Below are positions 27,242 through 44,575 of a DNA stretch of 64,000 nucleotides, one piece after another. Made by a program: the position numbers and the translations under genes. Each line of letters begins with the position of its first letter. The first letter of the stretch is position 1. The stretch comes from Klebsormidium nitens. Lineage: Eukaryota > Plantae > Klebsormidiophyceae. The DNA is taken from the NCBI GenBank assembly GCA_000708835.1, contig DF237346.1, positions 1 to 64,000 on the forward strand, read 5' to 3'. The notes under the pieces are model-generated. The model saw only the letters and a list, made by a program, of their open reading frames with translations. It did no database searches and was not told the DNA's origin.

Positions 27242-30200
27242 TTACTCAAACTCTATGATCACTTGATCAGCGGCGAGGACGGACCCTACTTTCGCGGACA
27301 CGGCCTTCACGACGCCTTCTTGCTCCGCCCGCAACACGTTGCGCATCTTCATCGCTTCAACCACTGCCAGCTCAGCGCCGGGCGATACCTGTACGTGCAA
27401 AAACTTGATGTCAAGAATCCTTCGAATTGAAACTCTCTATATTCGATCAAGCAATATTTCGAAGAGCATGGAAGGAGCTGTCTGCAGCACGCTGACGTGG
27501 CGTTATCGCCAACCAATGCGCGACAGCTCGTAAGTTGCAAGGTTGGGCGTTTGCAGTCAGTACTCACGTTTTGTCCCTCTTTAACGGCAACGGAGATGAG
27601 CGCACCGGGCATCGGGCTCCGCAAGAACTGCACGAGAGGGACATGACACGTGATGTTTAGGCCATAATTCTCGATCAATAGACTCTCAGAAGCCGCTGCT
27701 TGGCACGTGGGCGAGAACGACAGGAAAGTACAACCGATCCGAGTAGTGCTGATCTGCGACAATTCCAGGTCGACCCACGACTTCAAGAATCACGGAACAT
27801 TTTCAGTAAGCCCCAGATATTCAAGTCATTAGACGCAGCTTTGCTCTGCTTAATAAAATTCAGGAAGGCGTTATGATTAGACGGTAGTGGAAGCGCCAAC
27901 CGTATCCCTACCTTGCTGTAGTCCACGACTCGAGGGGGCGGCATATGCTTCGCCATGGCTGCTTGATCCGGCCTCTCAATCAACACGTCATGCTGTAGAA
28001 AAGGGCACAAGCTCAGTCGGATCGCCGTCATGCAGATCCAAAAAGAAAAGTTAAACATGATCTCGAGGCAACAAGGAAAGGAGGACTTGAGGGGACTGGA
28101 TCATACAGAAGGTTCCAAGCGGTGTGTAACGAACGGCAAGAGAGTCACTCTCGTGACTTTAGTGCCAACTTCGATGTTTTGTAGTTTGTAATGTGCGTTC
28201 TACTTATCTTTCGCAAAAGCGTCGAAGCCCAGATTCAATTATGGACAATCCGCGAGCACGGTTTCATGAAGGTACTCAGCAGAGTACCAATGGAAGAGTT
28301 TTAAAAGCGCGTGCAGAACATTCTGCAGTAGTCGCCTCGAGTCTTCTGGATAACGGCAGATGCAGGAGAATCCTGTTTTGGGCTCGCGAGGTCCGCAAGT
28401 TCTCAACCGGAGCGCGTGCCCAATGAAGTCGCGTGCGCCGTATGACCAGCAGCACACCATCTTAGCCTAACTTACTGCCCTCACAAAAAAGCAGTGAGTA
28501 AGAGAGCGCTGTTCGTTGTGCTCGCAATACCCACGACTCAGAACAGTTGAAGGAGCTGTTACTTGCCTGCGAGCCGGCGAAGAGGATGGAGAAGCCTCGG
28601 GGCAGTTTCTTGATAATCTGGAACGACATGGGCTGCTTCTTTCCGTCGAAGTCGACGTCCACTAGGTGCGGTTGCCCCGGATTTGGTGTCAGCAACTGTA
28701 CGGCAATCTTGGAGCCGTCCAACTTCACGTCCTGCATAATGGTTTGGAAAGAAGGTTATCGATTTTGTTGGGTTCATACGAATCTGAAAGACCAAGGTTT
28801 CTTGATGATCTGGAACGACATAAGCTGCTTCTGGCCGTCGAAGTCAACGTCCACTAAGTGCGGTTACCCCTGGATTGGTGTCAGCAGGTGAATGGGAATC
28901 TTGGCGCCATCCAACTTCACGCCCTGCATGGTATGTTGAAAAGAAGGCTCGTGTTTGTCTATGGCTCATTGTTGAGTACAAGAGTCAAATGTTCCTTTCT
29001 TAGGTACCAGTTCCGGCCAGAAGCATGACAGACGAACTCCTGGCAATACAGCTTTTCCATGACCTGGAGGATCGGAGGGTGTGCGAGCAGGGGAACACGA
29101 TTGCGCAGTCCAGTGCTGGCACGTGCTTTCAGGTCCTTTAATGACTACACCCCTTGAACCTGAATTTAAGATTGCCTGCCAATCCAAACACGGGTACAGT
29201 TGACTCAAACGTTGCGAGCTTTCGACAAGTAAGGATTCCCCGCAACTGCCCAGCCGCTCTGGGAAACAAGATGTAAAAGACGATGCACAATACCCACCTT
29301 CCAGCATTATCCGCAATATGCACAGATTTGATCCTGACACTTTGTTGTGATAGCGCACTTTCAAGATCTAGAAAGACTCCTGTCTCTATAACCGGGTAGT
29401 ATCTTACGTATTCGCCCGTCACGTCTGACACCGGCGAGACCACCACCTCGTGCTGCTGCCCGGCGTCGACGGTGAGTGTCAATTTGATGGGATCCCCGCT
29501 GGGGAAAATGGAGAACGACTGCTGATGCAGCTTCGCCACGTGGAGGGCTGCCGCGCTCGCGAGCATCCGGGCCTGAAAAGAAGCATAAAAGACAACGTTA
29601 ATTTGCATCTTGACCAGTATCTCGACATCTTGCCTTGTCCAAAGATGTTTGAGGCTGGCCAGTATATGCCCGTGACTAAAACAAGCAGGAGAAAAGAGGG
29701 ATAAAGAATAGTTGCAAAGGGACGACGATAGGGGAGGAAGCGCCTTAGAAAACGACAGCAGGGCGAGTCTTATCTTCCGTGGATTTGCGGGGATTTTGCC
29801 AGTGGGAAGCTCTCAGGATCCTTCAGCATGACGAAGCCAACGGATATCAGCCCCCACGACTCGCTGAAGTTCTGCGGGTCAATTTCCACAGGTCTTAAGC
29901 GAAGTTTGCAAAATGGAATTTTTGTGTGAGGTTAAAGTTAGAGGGATTGCCAGCCATATTATCCCCCGTGGAAATCAGGTGAGTCCTAGACTGAGCTCAC
30001 CTCTTGAGCGTCTGTCAAGTAGTCGCCCTGCCAACCCTGGGGGTAGTGCTCCTGAATGAACTTGGTCGTGATGTTGCCGGACCGGAAGTCCTGCACACAT
30101 AAACCAACCATCCTTAAAGCTTTGCCTGCAAGCGCGTTTAGAACCACAATTGCTTCTGATGGTCTTCCTACCATCTTCCAAGCCTCAAAGAGCATGAGCG

Positions 30201-33200
30201 GCAACGCCACTTCTCGAATGAATTAGAAGGGAAACCTTTGTGCATGACGGTTCCATTCCTCCCCAGAATGCCAAGCAACGCAGGTAAGTAGACATAGCAT
30301 TGCAGCGACCTTACCGGGTCGGAGATAACGGATCGCAGGAAGGGGATGTTGTGCGTGAGTCCCCGCACGACGTACGAGTCTAGCGCGTGCTCCATGGACT
30401 CTAGGGCCGCCTCGCGGGTGGGACCGTGCGTCGACAACTGCGCGCAGCAGCACAAAAATCACCAGGGTAAGGAGCCAGGTAGACCGGGTTTGGTAGACCG
30501 GATTTTTATTTTTTGTTAAAATGAGTAAATTCATTACGACAGAGTGTTAAGATTGAACTTCCGGTTCCAGTCAGCGGATCAGGCCGCGCAGTTGCACGTG
30601 CGCGAACACGCCCTGGTTTTGCCTAACTAGCCTGGTAAGGAAACATAACGACCCATCCCGACCGGGCCCCGTTTCTTAATCCTTTGAAAGTGAGATCAGC
30701 TTCTGAGCCCTCAATTTTTTTTTTCATACTCGGCCCTCCCCGGATCAGGACGACGTCAGCGAACGAGTGACGCAGTATAGAGTCCGAGGCAAATGCTACG
30801 AGCCCAGCAGAAGCCAACGGTTCCCGTCAAACTGTCTTTTGTGTGCATTTTGCTCCACAAGCAAAGCCTTTACGGACGGACGCTGTTGATTGGTTTTCGG
30901 GCCGCAGCAAATGACCGGTCTCGGCCTATAGTCTCGCACTTTGCAGCCTAGAAAAAGACTGCACACCTAAATCAACTTGTGTATAACCACTCATAACCAC
31001 GTTCAAGCCCCCACCTTGCAGATAAGCGGGTCGTAGTAAATGCTGATCTCGCTCCCCTCCTCCACCCCGGTGTCCAGCCGCACAGTCTCCTGCTCTCGAC
31101 CTCCCTCCGCGGGCCTCGCGCGCGGTTCCGAATACGTGCGCAGCCTTCCGTTGGAAGGGAGGAAGCCCCGCCGCGGGTCTTCGGCATAAACGCGCGACTC
31201 GAGAGCCCAGCCTTGGATGCGGCACGCGCGCTCCTGAGTCAGATTTAGCTTCTGACCAGCGGCTACCTGCAGGAAAAGCAGAAGCATCCGTCAAGCTCAG
31301 GATGGGCGCAAAGGGTTCTGCTTTTTGTTCAAGGCCTTTGTTTTGCTCGCCATGCCACAAGTTTTCTTTGGCTTGTCGTGTCGCTTCCTTCTGGTTGTCA
31401 TCATCGTTCTGCTCCGACTCCGTTGGAAGTCGAAATTTCGACAAGCGGGCGGGATTTTGGATCGGGCGGTACCTCATTCGGGCAATGCCTGCCTGACCCT
31501 TCCTTACCCTATGTTCAGAAGGCCGCACATTCAGCAGTGCGGAAGAGCTTATGCTTTTACGGTACACTCATCGAGGTAAGAGTCCGACAAATCTCAGAAT
31601 GCTCACATTCACCTCCAGGTAAGAGCCCGACAAGTCTCAGAACGCTCATACTCACCTCCAGCAATCCCAGTCGAAGAATCAGCTCTATGAGCGGAAAGTA
31701 AAAGCGAAACCCAAACGCCTGGACTTGTCGCGTTTTCACGCAATCCAAGCTCCATGGCAAGAAGCTCCAGATCCCATCAATAAAAGGGGAAAAGCTTCGA
31801 CCGGCAAACAGAGACCTTGACATCTTCAAACTTCGGTTGAGTACGGGCTTCGAGAGGTCCAGTCCAAGGATGAGCTACGTGGCAAAGAACCAAGACAAAA
31901 TCTTACTTTTCTGAACCAGTCCCGAGCAACAAAGATAAAGAGCTCAGGACCCTCACTTTGAGCATGAACTCCACGAGGTCAAGGGCGATGAGCCCTTTGA
32001 CGGTGCCTGAACCAGAGAAACAGAACCTAGAACCCAGAGCCCAGAACTCGAACACGCAGATGGGTGTCATCAACATTTCAAACGCCTCACTTTGAGCATC
32101 AGCTCCACGAGGTCCAGCCCAGTGATGAGCTCCGTCACGGGATGCTCCACCTGCAGCCGCGTGTTCATCTCCAGAAAGTAAAAGTTGCGGTGCTTGTCCA
32201 CCAGGAACTCGACCGTCCCGGCGGATTGATACCCGACCGCTTTCGCGAGCTGCACCGCCTGCTCGCCCATGGCTTTTCGGGTCTCGGGGGTGATGAAAGT
32301 ACTCGGGGCTTCCTCGATGACCTGGAAACATAAAGGGGCTCTTTTCAATCAAGGCAGAAGCGTCCTCTGACCAAAGCTTATTGGGAAAAAATGCCACAGC
32401 TTTGTGGGTCTCCGGGTTGAGGAAAGTGCTCGGGGCTTCCTCAATCACCTGGAACCAATAAAGGACCCTTTACAATGAAGGCAAAAGCGTCTCCTAAAGC
32501 TCATCGGAGGGATTGCCACAGGTTTCCGGGTCTCCGGGTTGTGGAGCACGCTCGGGGCTTCTTCGATCACCTGGAGAGGGAAAAACGGTACTGTGATTAC
32601 GGCAAAAGCGTCTGCAAACCACACCTTCTTCGAGAAGTGCTCGGGGCTTCCTCAAAACACTTGGTGAAAGAAGCGCGGTGCTTTTGAACAGCGGCGCTGA
32701 GTACAGCTCGTTTGCGAAAAGGCCAGAGCTTTCCAGGTGTCGGTGTTTGAGAAATACGCTCTGGGCTTAATTGATCAGCTGAGAAAGGAACGGGACGCTC
32801 TTATGACCGAGAAGAGAAATTTGTCGCTGAGTACTGCTCGTCTTCAAAACGGAAGTGCGTTTGCTGTGAGACTCTGTCGGAGTCAACAGCTGCAGCTGTA
32901 AAGGAAGAAAGCCTCGGGTTTCGGCTGTTGGGGATACATGACACTCTACTTGCACTTTGTCCCCTTAATTCAGGCCTTGAAACGTGAAGTTTGGGACAGC
33001 TTGCAAGCATCTTTACCACAAATCACCCGTAGTCGTTTCCAGAAAGAGGCCGAATCTGTGCCGAAACTCCAGCTGTTGAAATTACTGACCGATTTGTGAA
33101 TGGGATTCACCCCCCGTTGTATTCTGACAGACGTGCGACGCCAAAGACGAGCGAGTCCCTCGAGACACATGATGTTCCAATCAGAGGTCTCTTTCCGTGC

Positions 33201-36200
33201 TCTGGACCTGATCGTTTCTGTTCTACCTCGCCGAAGTGACCCTAAAGGGCAGCAGCTCACCTTCTGGTTTCTTCGTTGAATGGAGCACTCCCGCTCGGGT
33301 AGATAGAATGTGTTGCCGAACGAATCAGCTATCAGCTGGATCTCGATGTGCCGCGGCTGCTCAATGAACCTGCGACACGTGTCCCATAGGGGTGTGAATG
33401 ATAGGCGCGTATCCACATCGAGCTCCAAAAAGTCATGTTAAAAGCAAGAACAAAGTCTGGTACAACTTAGAGCACACTGTGATGAAAGGACCAATTTCAA
33501 TCGTGAAAGGTACTCATCAGGGGCTGAAAGCAGAGGACCAGCTTCATGTTGCCTAATCGGGCCAGAAAATTGGTTGACTGATGGAAGATGGACGTCAAAC
33601 GGGTCGACACAGCTAGTCGTCGAAGAAACAGGGAGTAGCATTGTTTTCTCACTTAGCTGTCTCGAGCAGATTGCACTTGAGAATTAGCGTTCAACTGAGA
33701 AAGCATGTGCTATGCTCACTAATCAACGGATTGAGCATGACGGGCAGGATGCTTCTCCTTAGTCATCAAGCGGGATAGAGTAGTATTCAACGCTGGAGTA
33801 CGCTCCAGTCTGCTCGAAAAACGTTTCCTTCCCGCCTGAAACCCACAGATGCTCACTTTTCGATGAAGATGCGCCCGTCGCCGAAGCTAGACACCGCCTC
33901 ATCGTGGCACACGTTATACTGCTCCATCACCTCCTTCTCGCTCCTGCAAGCAGCGGTAAATGTCCAAGATCTTCTTCATCTCGAGCATGAGAGAGCATCC
34001 CTGCAACTTCGATCCTGTTCGACCGGAGGCCGGGTGTTCCTGTCGCAACGCTGCCTAGTTGAGTCAACAACTCGAATTCGAATGACTTGGAGAAGTGCTT
34101 CTGTGACGGGCAATCCGTGAAGTCTTATTCCTTCAATAGATAACGAGGGTCTCGGATCCTCAATGGAAGAGGCATATTTGGGAAGCTTCTTTGCGAACGG
34201 AGATCGACTCGACTTCTCAATCAAGACTTCAGATGCAGCATTTTTAAAGTTTCCAGCCTTGTCAAATGTGAGCTTGCTCAACCTACCAAGCAATGCGCAT
34301 GCCCTTTCCTCCCCCTCCCGCCGAAGCCTTCATCATGACCGGGTAGCCAACCGCCTTGGCTGCACCGGCAGTGCAAAGGAAAGGTCAACAACGGGTTTTG
34401 CGCAAACGGCCTGTCCTCACCAGTTTGGCGATCGTCAAAAAGCTGGATTCAGGTTCTTGAGTTCGTTTACCATAAAGAGAGAAAGTACTCTCTGTTACGC
34501 CGTTGTTGAAAGAAAAGCCGGCAACACCAAGAAAGGGGACTGGGGCTCGCCGAGCGTTCTTAGAAGGACAGGAGCGGTCGAACTTTGAGAGCGTGATGGC
34601 TGCAAGAAGGAAGTAAGATGCCACAATATACGATGAGAGAAAAGTCAAGGCAATGTTCAGTCAGGGAAGGGCAAGCGGCTCACCAACTTCTGCGGCGTGC
34701 GCAGCATCCCGGATGACGTCAGGAAATCCCGGGATCGTGTTGACGCGGGCCCGTTTGGCCAGTTCCTTGCTCTCAATCTGGAAAAGGAAGATGCCAATCA
34801 AAGGCAGAAACGAACAAGGGACTTGATGTTGAATGGATCGCAGACTTTCTCGGCCCGAGCCACGCACTTGGCTTGGCCAGGAGAAGTTGAGGGCGATATG
34901 AGGCACGTGCCTACGACTCTTCGAGCAGACGATTTGGACCCGACTCCCATTCAAAAGCGGAACACCATTTTGAGATGTAGTGAAATCCCAATAATTAATG
35001 AATCAGTAACCAATCAAGATGCACCCAGAAACTGCTGGAACTGGCTCGAGGACGGGTCGAATCGTGGATTCTAAGCGTGACAGAGAGGGAGTCGGTTGTC
35101 AATGTAAGAAGTATAGAAGGGGTCGTCCGCATGCGGAGTCAGAACCCTGTGCAGACAAGGAAACATTCGTACCTTGTCCCCCATGGCGGCAATAGCCGAC
35201 GAAGTTGGACCCACGAACTTGATTCCCTCCTGTTCCAGCCGTTCCACAAAGGCAGAGTTCTCGGACAGAAAGCCGTACCCAGGATGGACCTGCAACGCCA
35301 CATGATTGTTGATTAATTGAATAGGCTTTTCAGTAATTGATCGATATAATAGACATAACTATTATAGTGCGATTGATTATTTCGGAATTAGCAGTAAAAG
35401 GGTGGCACATTTGCTCTTAACTTTTCGAAGTCAAGCGCCTGCGTCAGCTTTCAGGCACAGGCAGCATCTTGTCATGATAAGTTCCATATTGCTTTTCTTT
35501 TACGACATTCTGCTTATGAGGGGCCTTCCTGAGCCAGTTCCATGAGCATGAGCACACATGGACCAGGCTCAGCTAAACAGTATTCTTCTTTCGCTTGAAA
35601 AGTTGGCCAAAACAATAAGAACGTGCAAAAGGACTCCGCTTTATCCATGCATACGTAAAACGGAAGAACGTCAACACTTTATGATTGGGGCAAGGTGGCT
35701 CACCGCTTCTGCTCCGGTGCTCTTGCACGCAGCCAGGATCGCATCAATGTTCAGATAGCTCTTGGTGGAAGCTGCAGGGCCCTGAAAGATTAAACCCCAC
35801 ACTCAGATGAGGATGATTCGGAGAGATCACACTGTCGTATGATTTCGACTACGTCACTTCGATTTCAGAACGATTGAGCTACCTCCGAAAGTTTCCACCG
35901 ATAAACGCGAGGAGTCCTAATGATTCTTGAGGAATTCTGATGATTCGTTTGTACTTCTCCTTTGGTGCTCTGACCTTGTTTGGAGAACCTGTGACAAAGT
36001 ACACACTATACTCAGATTCACGTGGTCCAAACTTCGGGACAATGTGAATAAATCTTTCATGTCGACCCCAGAAAGCTTTGCCGGAGACATTTAAGCTGTT
36101 GGAATGTCTGGGATCCTCACCACGCAGACAGCCTCATCTGCCATTCTGACATGGAGTGCATCCGCATCTGGTTCGCTGTGCACTGCAACGGTTTTGATCC

Positions 36201-37336
36201 CTAAGCGTCGGCAGCTTTTGATGACGCGGCAGGCGATCTCGCCACGGTTTGCAATCAGAATCTTGTTGAAAAGCTGCAGGGTTCGCACAGAGGGGCAGCT
36301 GGATGAGCGAATGTTAAAGCACAGGCACGAATTCGAGCTGCCTGAGATCATGAACTTTTGGTCCGGAAATCTACCTCAGGACTTATGCATTCTTATCGTT
36401 CTGGTTACCTGCGGTGAAACTTGGAAAACCCATATGGAAGGGGCAACCGTTTGTGATTGAGGAAGCTGTCACCAACATATCGTTTTGTTGCAACCAGGTT
36501 TGACAAGAATGCCTACAGGAAGTTTGACAAAGAGTTGATCAGAAAGACAGGAATTGCTGTTCTTTGTGAGGCGTCATTCTCCTGTAGCTTTTTGCAGAAT
36601 TTCTCCAGGCATACCTTCAAGTTCTTACGAAAGACTTTCAGTTTTTCAAAACATTCTTCATGGAACATATCAGCAGGGTTGGGGGCAATCTGGTTTACAT
36701 CAAAACCATTTCAGTTTCTTGTTACTACCTGTGTGCCTTTTGCTGGTTTTCTGACACCTTCAGAAGTGATTTGATGAGCTTTGTCCAACCAGGGACGGCC
36801 GATCGATCACCCACCTTTTTATCTGATGAAGCTGGCCTTGCCTCAGCAGCTGCTGCATTCGGCTGACCAGCCGTTGCATATCCTCTCCCTAGATAGAATT
36901 GTGTGAACTTGTCCCGGTCCTGAGTAGCACCACCTTCTGTGCCAAACAGTGTCCCAGCAGGTGCAATCACACCCAATGCTCCACAGGGCCGGAAGTCTGC
37001 AAACCTTCCCTCTAGTTGGCGTCTTGCCCTGAAAGCAGACTTGTTTGAGAGGCCGAAGGTTTTGCGGCGTCCACTCTTTGTAGAAACCCCAGACTCTTGA
37101 CAATCTGGTGGTTGTGCACTTTGCTGCCAATTGAGGTCAAACTGGCTGCCGTTGCTAAGCGCTGGCTCTGTGCCAATGTGAGCACAGCCTGCTAGGTTGT
37201 TGTCATTAACATCTCTGCTACCATTTGGACTATGCCAGCTAGTAGACGCCAGGGCTCTTGCAGCTTTGCGTGCACTCCCTCTCGCGGTGCTGTTTAGCTT
37301 ACGCAAAAGAAGACCTTCCTTCAAAAGACGCGCCAT
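27242..37336 (-). CDS. PCCA: Propionyl-CoA carboxylase alpha subunit (biotin carboxylase + biotin carrier), mitochondrial-type, 17 exons, ~848 aa
   Basis: Exons are 37336-36815, 36273-36121, 35781-35704, 35289-35173, 34777-34684, 34359-34287, 33943-33857, 33369-33261, 32321-32091, 31266-31015, 30437-30315, 30090-30001, 29572-29408, 28731-28567 (GC donor), 27992-27912, 27627-27568 and 27388-27242 (2547 nt, in frame). Motifs include [35 protein letters not shown] and the biotinylation site [24 protein letters not shown] and GLTHNIPFL are PCC-type; MCC has ERDCSxQRRHQK. Confidence 0.9.
28800..28931 (-). pseudogene. Pseudo-exon: partial duplicate of PCCA exon 14 with an in-frame stop
   Basis: Reads cag|[41 protein letters not shown] versus the true exon [42 protein letters not shown]. 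Confidence 0.85.
31853..31996 (-). repeat. Degenerate copies of the PCCA exon 9 end + donor
   Basis: 31951-31996 (cctcactttgagcatgaactccacgaggtc...) matches the true donor region starting at 32085. A shorter copy lies at 31853-31878. Confidence 0.8.
32392..32665 (-). repeat. Three degenerate tandem copies of the PCCA exon 9 acceptor + exon start
   Basis: Copies at ~32392-32456, ~32513-32576 and ~32633-32665 repeat gtrctcggggcttcctc.at.acctgg of the true junction at 32281-32326. Confidence 0.9.
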
Positions 37337-38675
37337 TTAATTTTGGAATCAAGCTCCTCAAACCTTAACAATTGCTTCACTTTTTCGACACAACAATGTG
37401 CATGGTGCTCCCGAAATTCCTAATTGCTTTCTGCCAAAGAGCTTTACGATCGTGGAAAGGTGCCAAGTGCGAACGGGCAGCTGCAAGCTACCTATCCCTT
37501 TGAAAGCGTCTGGTTCAAGCTCCAATTCTCGAAAAATTCACGTGCAATCTTCAAAGCTGAGCTGGATACCGGTAGCATGCTGCCAAGTCACTCTAGCCTT
37601 TAGGACTAACGCCGACGGCGGCCTTCGGGGCCGTCATGCGGCATGCCGACTTGGATAGAAGCATGAGGCCCGGTTTGAAAGGCCGGTGAGAAGTACCATG
37701 CAGGAGTCGGATTTTGGGCCCCTTGAAAGTGTATACTAAGAAGCGTCGGGATAGCAGAAGCGTCAGCCGGCGTGACTTCGAACCGGGTGCAGACTGAAAA
37801 CCGACGGTTCTGATTTTCTAGGGTTCCGGCACGCTTTCATCTTGGATGAAAGTTGAAACTCCCGTTTATCCTGTTCATGGATGCACGCATGACTCGGCCT
37901 GAGTCCGGGGCCGGATCGACCGGAATCGAAAACAGACGGAACGGATCCAAGCCTCTGCAGTCCCACGCACTGCAGATCTCCGATATTAATTTAAGGAATA
38001 TTAGAATGGCTCGTGCAGCTGGCTGGGCAGGCATGCCGCCCTGTTAATAACAACATCAGCCACACGTACACCGGATGTGAGGGCATGCCATACACATGTA
38101 GAGACCATGCCCAGGTTGCATCCGGCCACTATCTACTTCGGCCCGCTTCTTAGTATACACTTTCAAGGTGCCACTGGGAAGTAAATGACCGTCACATAGG
38201 ACAACGACCGTCCAATCTAGTGGCCATATGTATCTGATCATTTGAATGCATCCAATCGACATATCCTACTAACCGTCACGAGGTGGGATGTTCGAAGCAA
38301 TCGTCAAACGTAGGTATGTGATTATTGAACTCAGTCCATCCCAGTCAAGAATATAAGTCAAGCGCTGGAGGATTGCCAGGTTGCCTACGTTGACGGGCAC
38401 TTCATCCTTACATGCAGATTGAGTTCAAGTTTCCAACTGAAGCGCTGGACTGATCAATCAGCTTCGGAATCTCAGGTCTGCATGCTTCTCATTATGCTAC
38501 TTCAGTACCTTAGGGCACCTATACGGGGTTCACATGTCTGGATGCACTCCTCTCACAATGCTTCTTCCTTGCAACACAAAGCAAACAAAGCAGCCGCTAA
38601 CCAAGTTTCTCGTAGATTCACCTGCGTCACCAAGAAGCGACTGACGGGGTCACTAATGGCAACGTACCTCTTTGA

Positions 38676-42413
<3,738 letters not shown>

Positions 42414-44575
42414 GTGAACAGCTAAAATGCTTTCAAGAGGTAGATTCAAGTGACTCAGGAAACCGGGACAGTCAGCAGCAATGCATTGAAGAGGTCCGAT
42501 AACCAGCATTTCTTTAGGTATTATCCTTTCAATTTGATCAAGTACGTTGAAGCCAACACCAAGTGATGTTGACAAAATCGTAGTTAAGAACCTTTTGCCA
42601 GCTGGAGTGTGCCAGGTTTTACGAAAACCATACAAAATATGTGTTCTGAAAGACTAGTGCCTTATGTTTGGTGACAAAGCAGACTGGCCACAAAAGAAGG
42701 ACCCAATTAATCACTTCGTAGCACCACCAATGGCCGGAAGCTTCTTTCACAAGTCCATTCTTTCTAGATTGTACTCAAACCCCCAGTATGTCCAGCATGA
42801 CGTTTCATGCCAGCCAGAAAGAGGTTTTTCCCAGAATGAGAACAGCGATGGATGAGACGGGAATGCTAAGCGGCGGCGGACCGGGCAGCACTTTGCAGCC
42901 AAAGGTCACTCAGCTGGTTCGCCAAAGGTGGTGGCTCACTATTTGTGATAAAGAAGCCCTTAACATGGACTCAAGCCTAAGGTTTCGAAAGTCGAGGCAT
43001 GCTGTAGCAACCCTTTCGCCAGAGACTACTCGAAGAGGTAAAAGCATCAGCAGCTCGGCGGTGTAAGGAATCATGTAAAAAGCAAGCCAACCAGCATCTG
43101 GACCCCCAACCTGTCAATGATCTACAATCACAGAGTCCCTTGGACTCACCAATGGACTTACCACTGGACCCATCACGGACTGCACAGTGGTAGCTATAAT
43201 ATCCACTTTGGCCCTCAAAGTTTCATGACATTGACATATGCAGACCAAAGAGGAAAGCTCAAAGAGGTTACAAGTTCTAAAGAATGCGGCTACCTAAAAC
43301 AGCAAGATCTGCGAGCGGCTTACCTCCACATCCATCTCTCTTATATGCTTGTTGAGTTCGCTCGTCCCTGTAGCGTCATCAGCGAGCTGCGCTGCCTTGC
43401 CCTTCCGCTTCCCCATAGCGTCCTGGCTGCTTGTGGAATCTACCGGGCCAGAAGCTTTGCTGCACTTGCTGGATTATCGCCTCTCACGAGTGTCCGCCAG
43501 AAATCTTCTTGCGTGACTAGCTACCGTCCATGGAACTTTTCAGGTTTTGAAAAGGCCAGAGCTGAGAGAGGGAGTTTGAACTAGCCATGGCAAGGTTTGG
43601 TTACTTACCATTACCGGTCCCCCCGGGCCAGTGGCAGCCGGCCCCGGCCGGACTCAATGTTTACGGGTGCATGTTTGTGAGACGTCCGATCCGCACAAAC
43701 GTGCATCGACGGTCGAACTGACATGACAGCATCATCGTGACACCAATCAGCCTGGGCGGCCGCGTAGATGGGTAGTATCGCCGCACTGATCGGGCAACGG
43801 TCAGGGCCGCCAAGATTGCCGGCTTCAAGTCTGCAGGGGAAAGGCGGCTGCTTCGGCTGCTCACAGGGCATCTTCAACAATCGGCCTTTGAAGTAGTACT
43901 AGAAGTTCTGAATTGGATGAAACAATCTTGGGTACTTGGGCACTGGCCGACGCATGACGCACAAGTGTTCTTGTTCATCAGACGCTCATTGCAAGCCACG
44001 TACGTCATTCGCTTAGTAGTACGTGCGGGGTAATCAACAAGGAAGAAAGGAACTTTGATGCAGCGGCCCGCGGCAGGTTGCACTGCAAGTTGGATTTACC
44101 TGACCATACTAAGCCACACAAGGTCAGGCCGTTCTCCTGGCCGAGGCGGCCGCCGCGATGTACGACACTGGAACACTGCATGAGCTCGAATCTCTGACAA
44201 AGCACAGAAATTCAAATCGCCCCAGCTCTGCTACCTATAGGAGACTTCGATATCGCTCGCTTCATAAGGCAAGCTCAATTGGCTATAATGCCCGCGCCTC
44301 GAAGATTAATGTGAGTGCCAGTGACGGCACCTCAAGTATCTAAGTATATAAATCTCACGTCCTTTCGCCTTTGGTCAAGTACCTGGCTTTGACAAAACTG
44401 CTGATGCGAATCATACTATGTTCTTAGCGCGGCCATATTGGCCCAACTCGAGCGAATCATCAACGCTGAGATCGTCCTTTCGCAAAAGCTATTGGAAGTA
44501 CTTTCAGCAACACTCAAAAACACTTTCTAGATAAATCTAAACTCTGGGGCACCGTTCCCGAGAAGCTTTCGTTCT

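Noticed and set aside
43130-43180. Short repeat tggac(t/c)cacca(a/c), 3-4 copies
   Set aside because: Too short and degenerate, with no spacers. It is not CRISPR-like and has no evident function.
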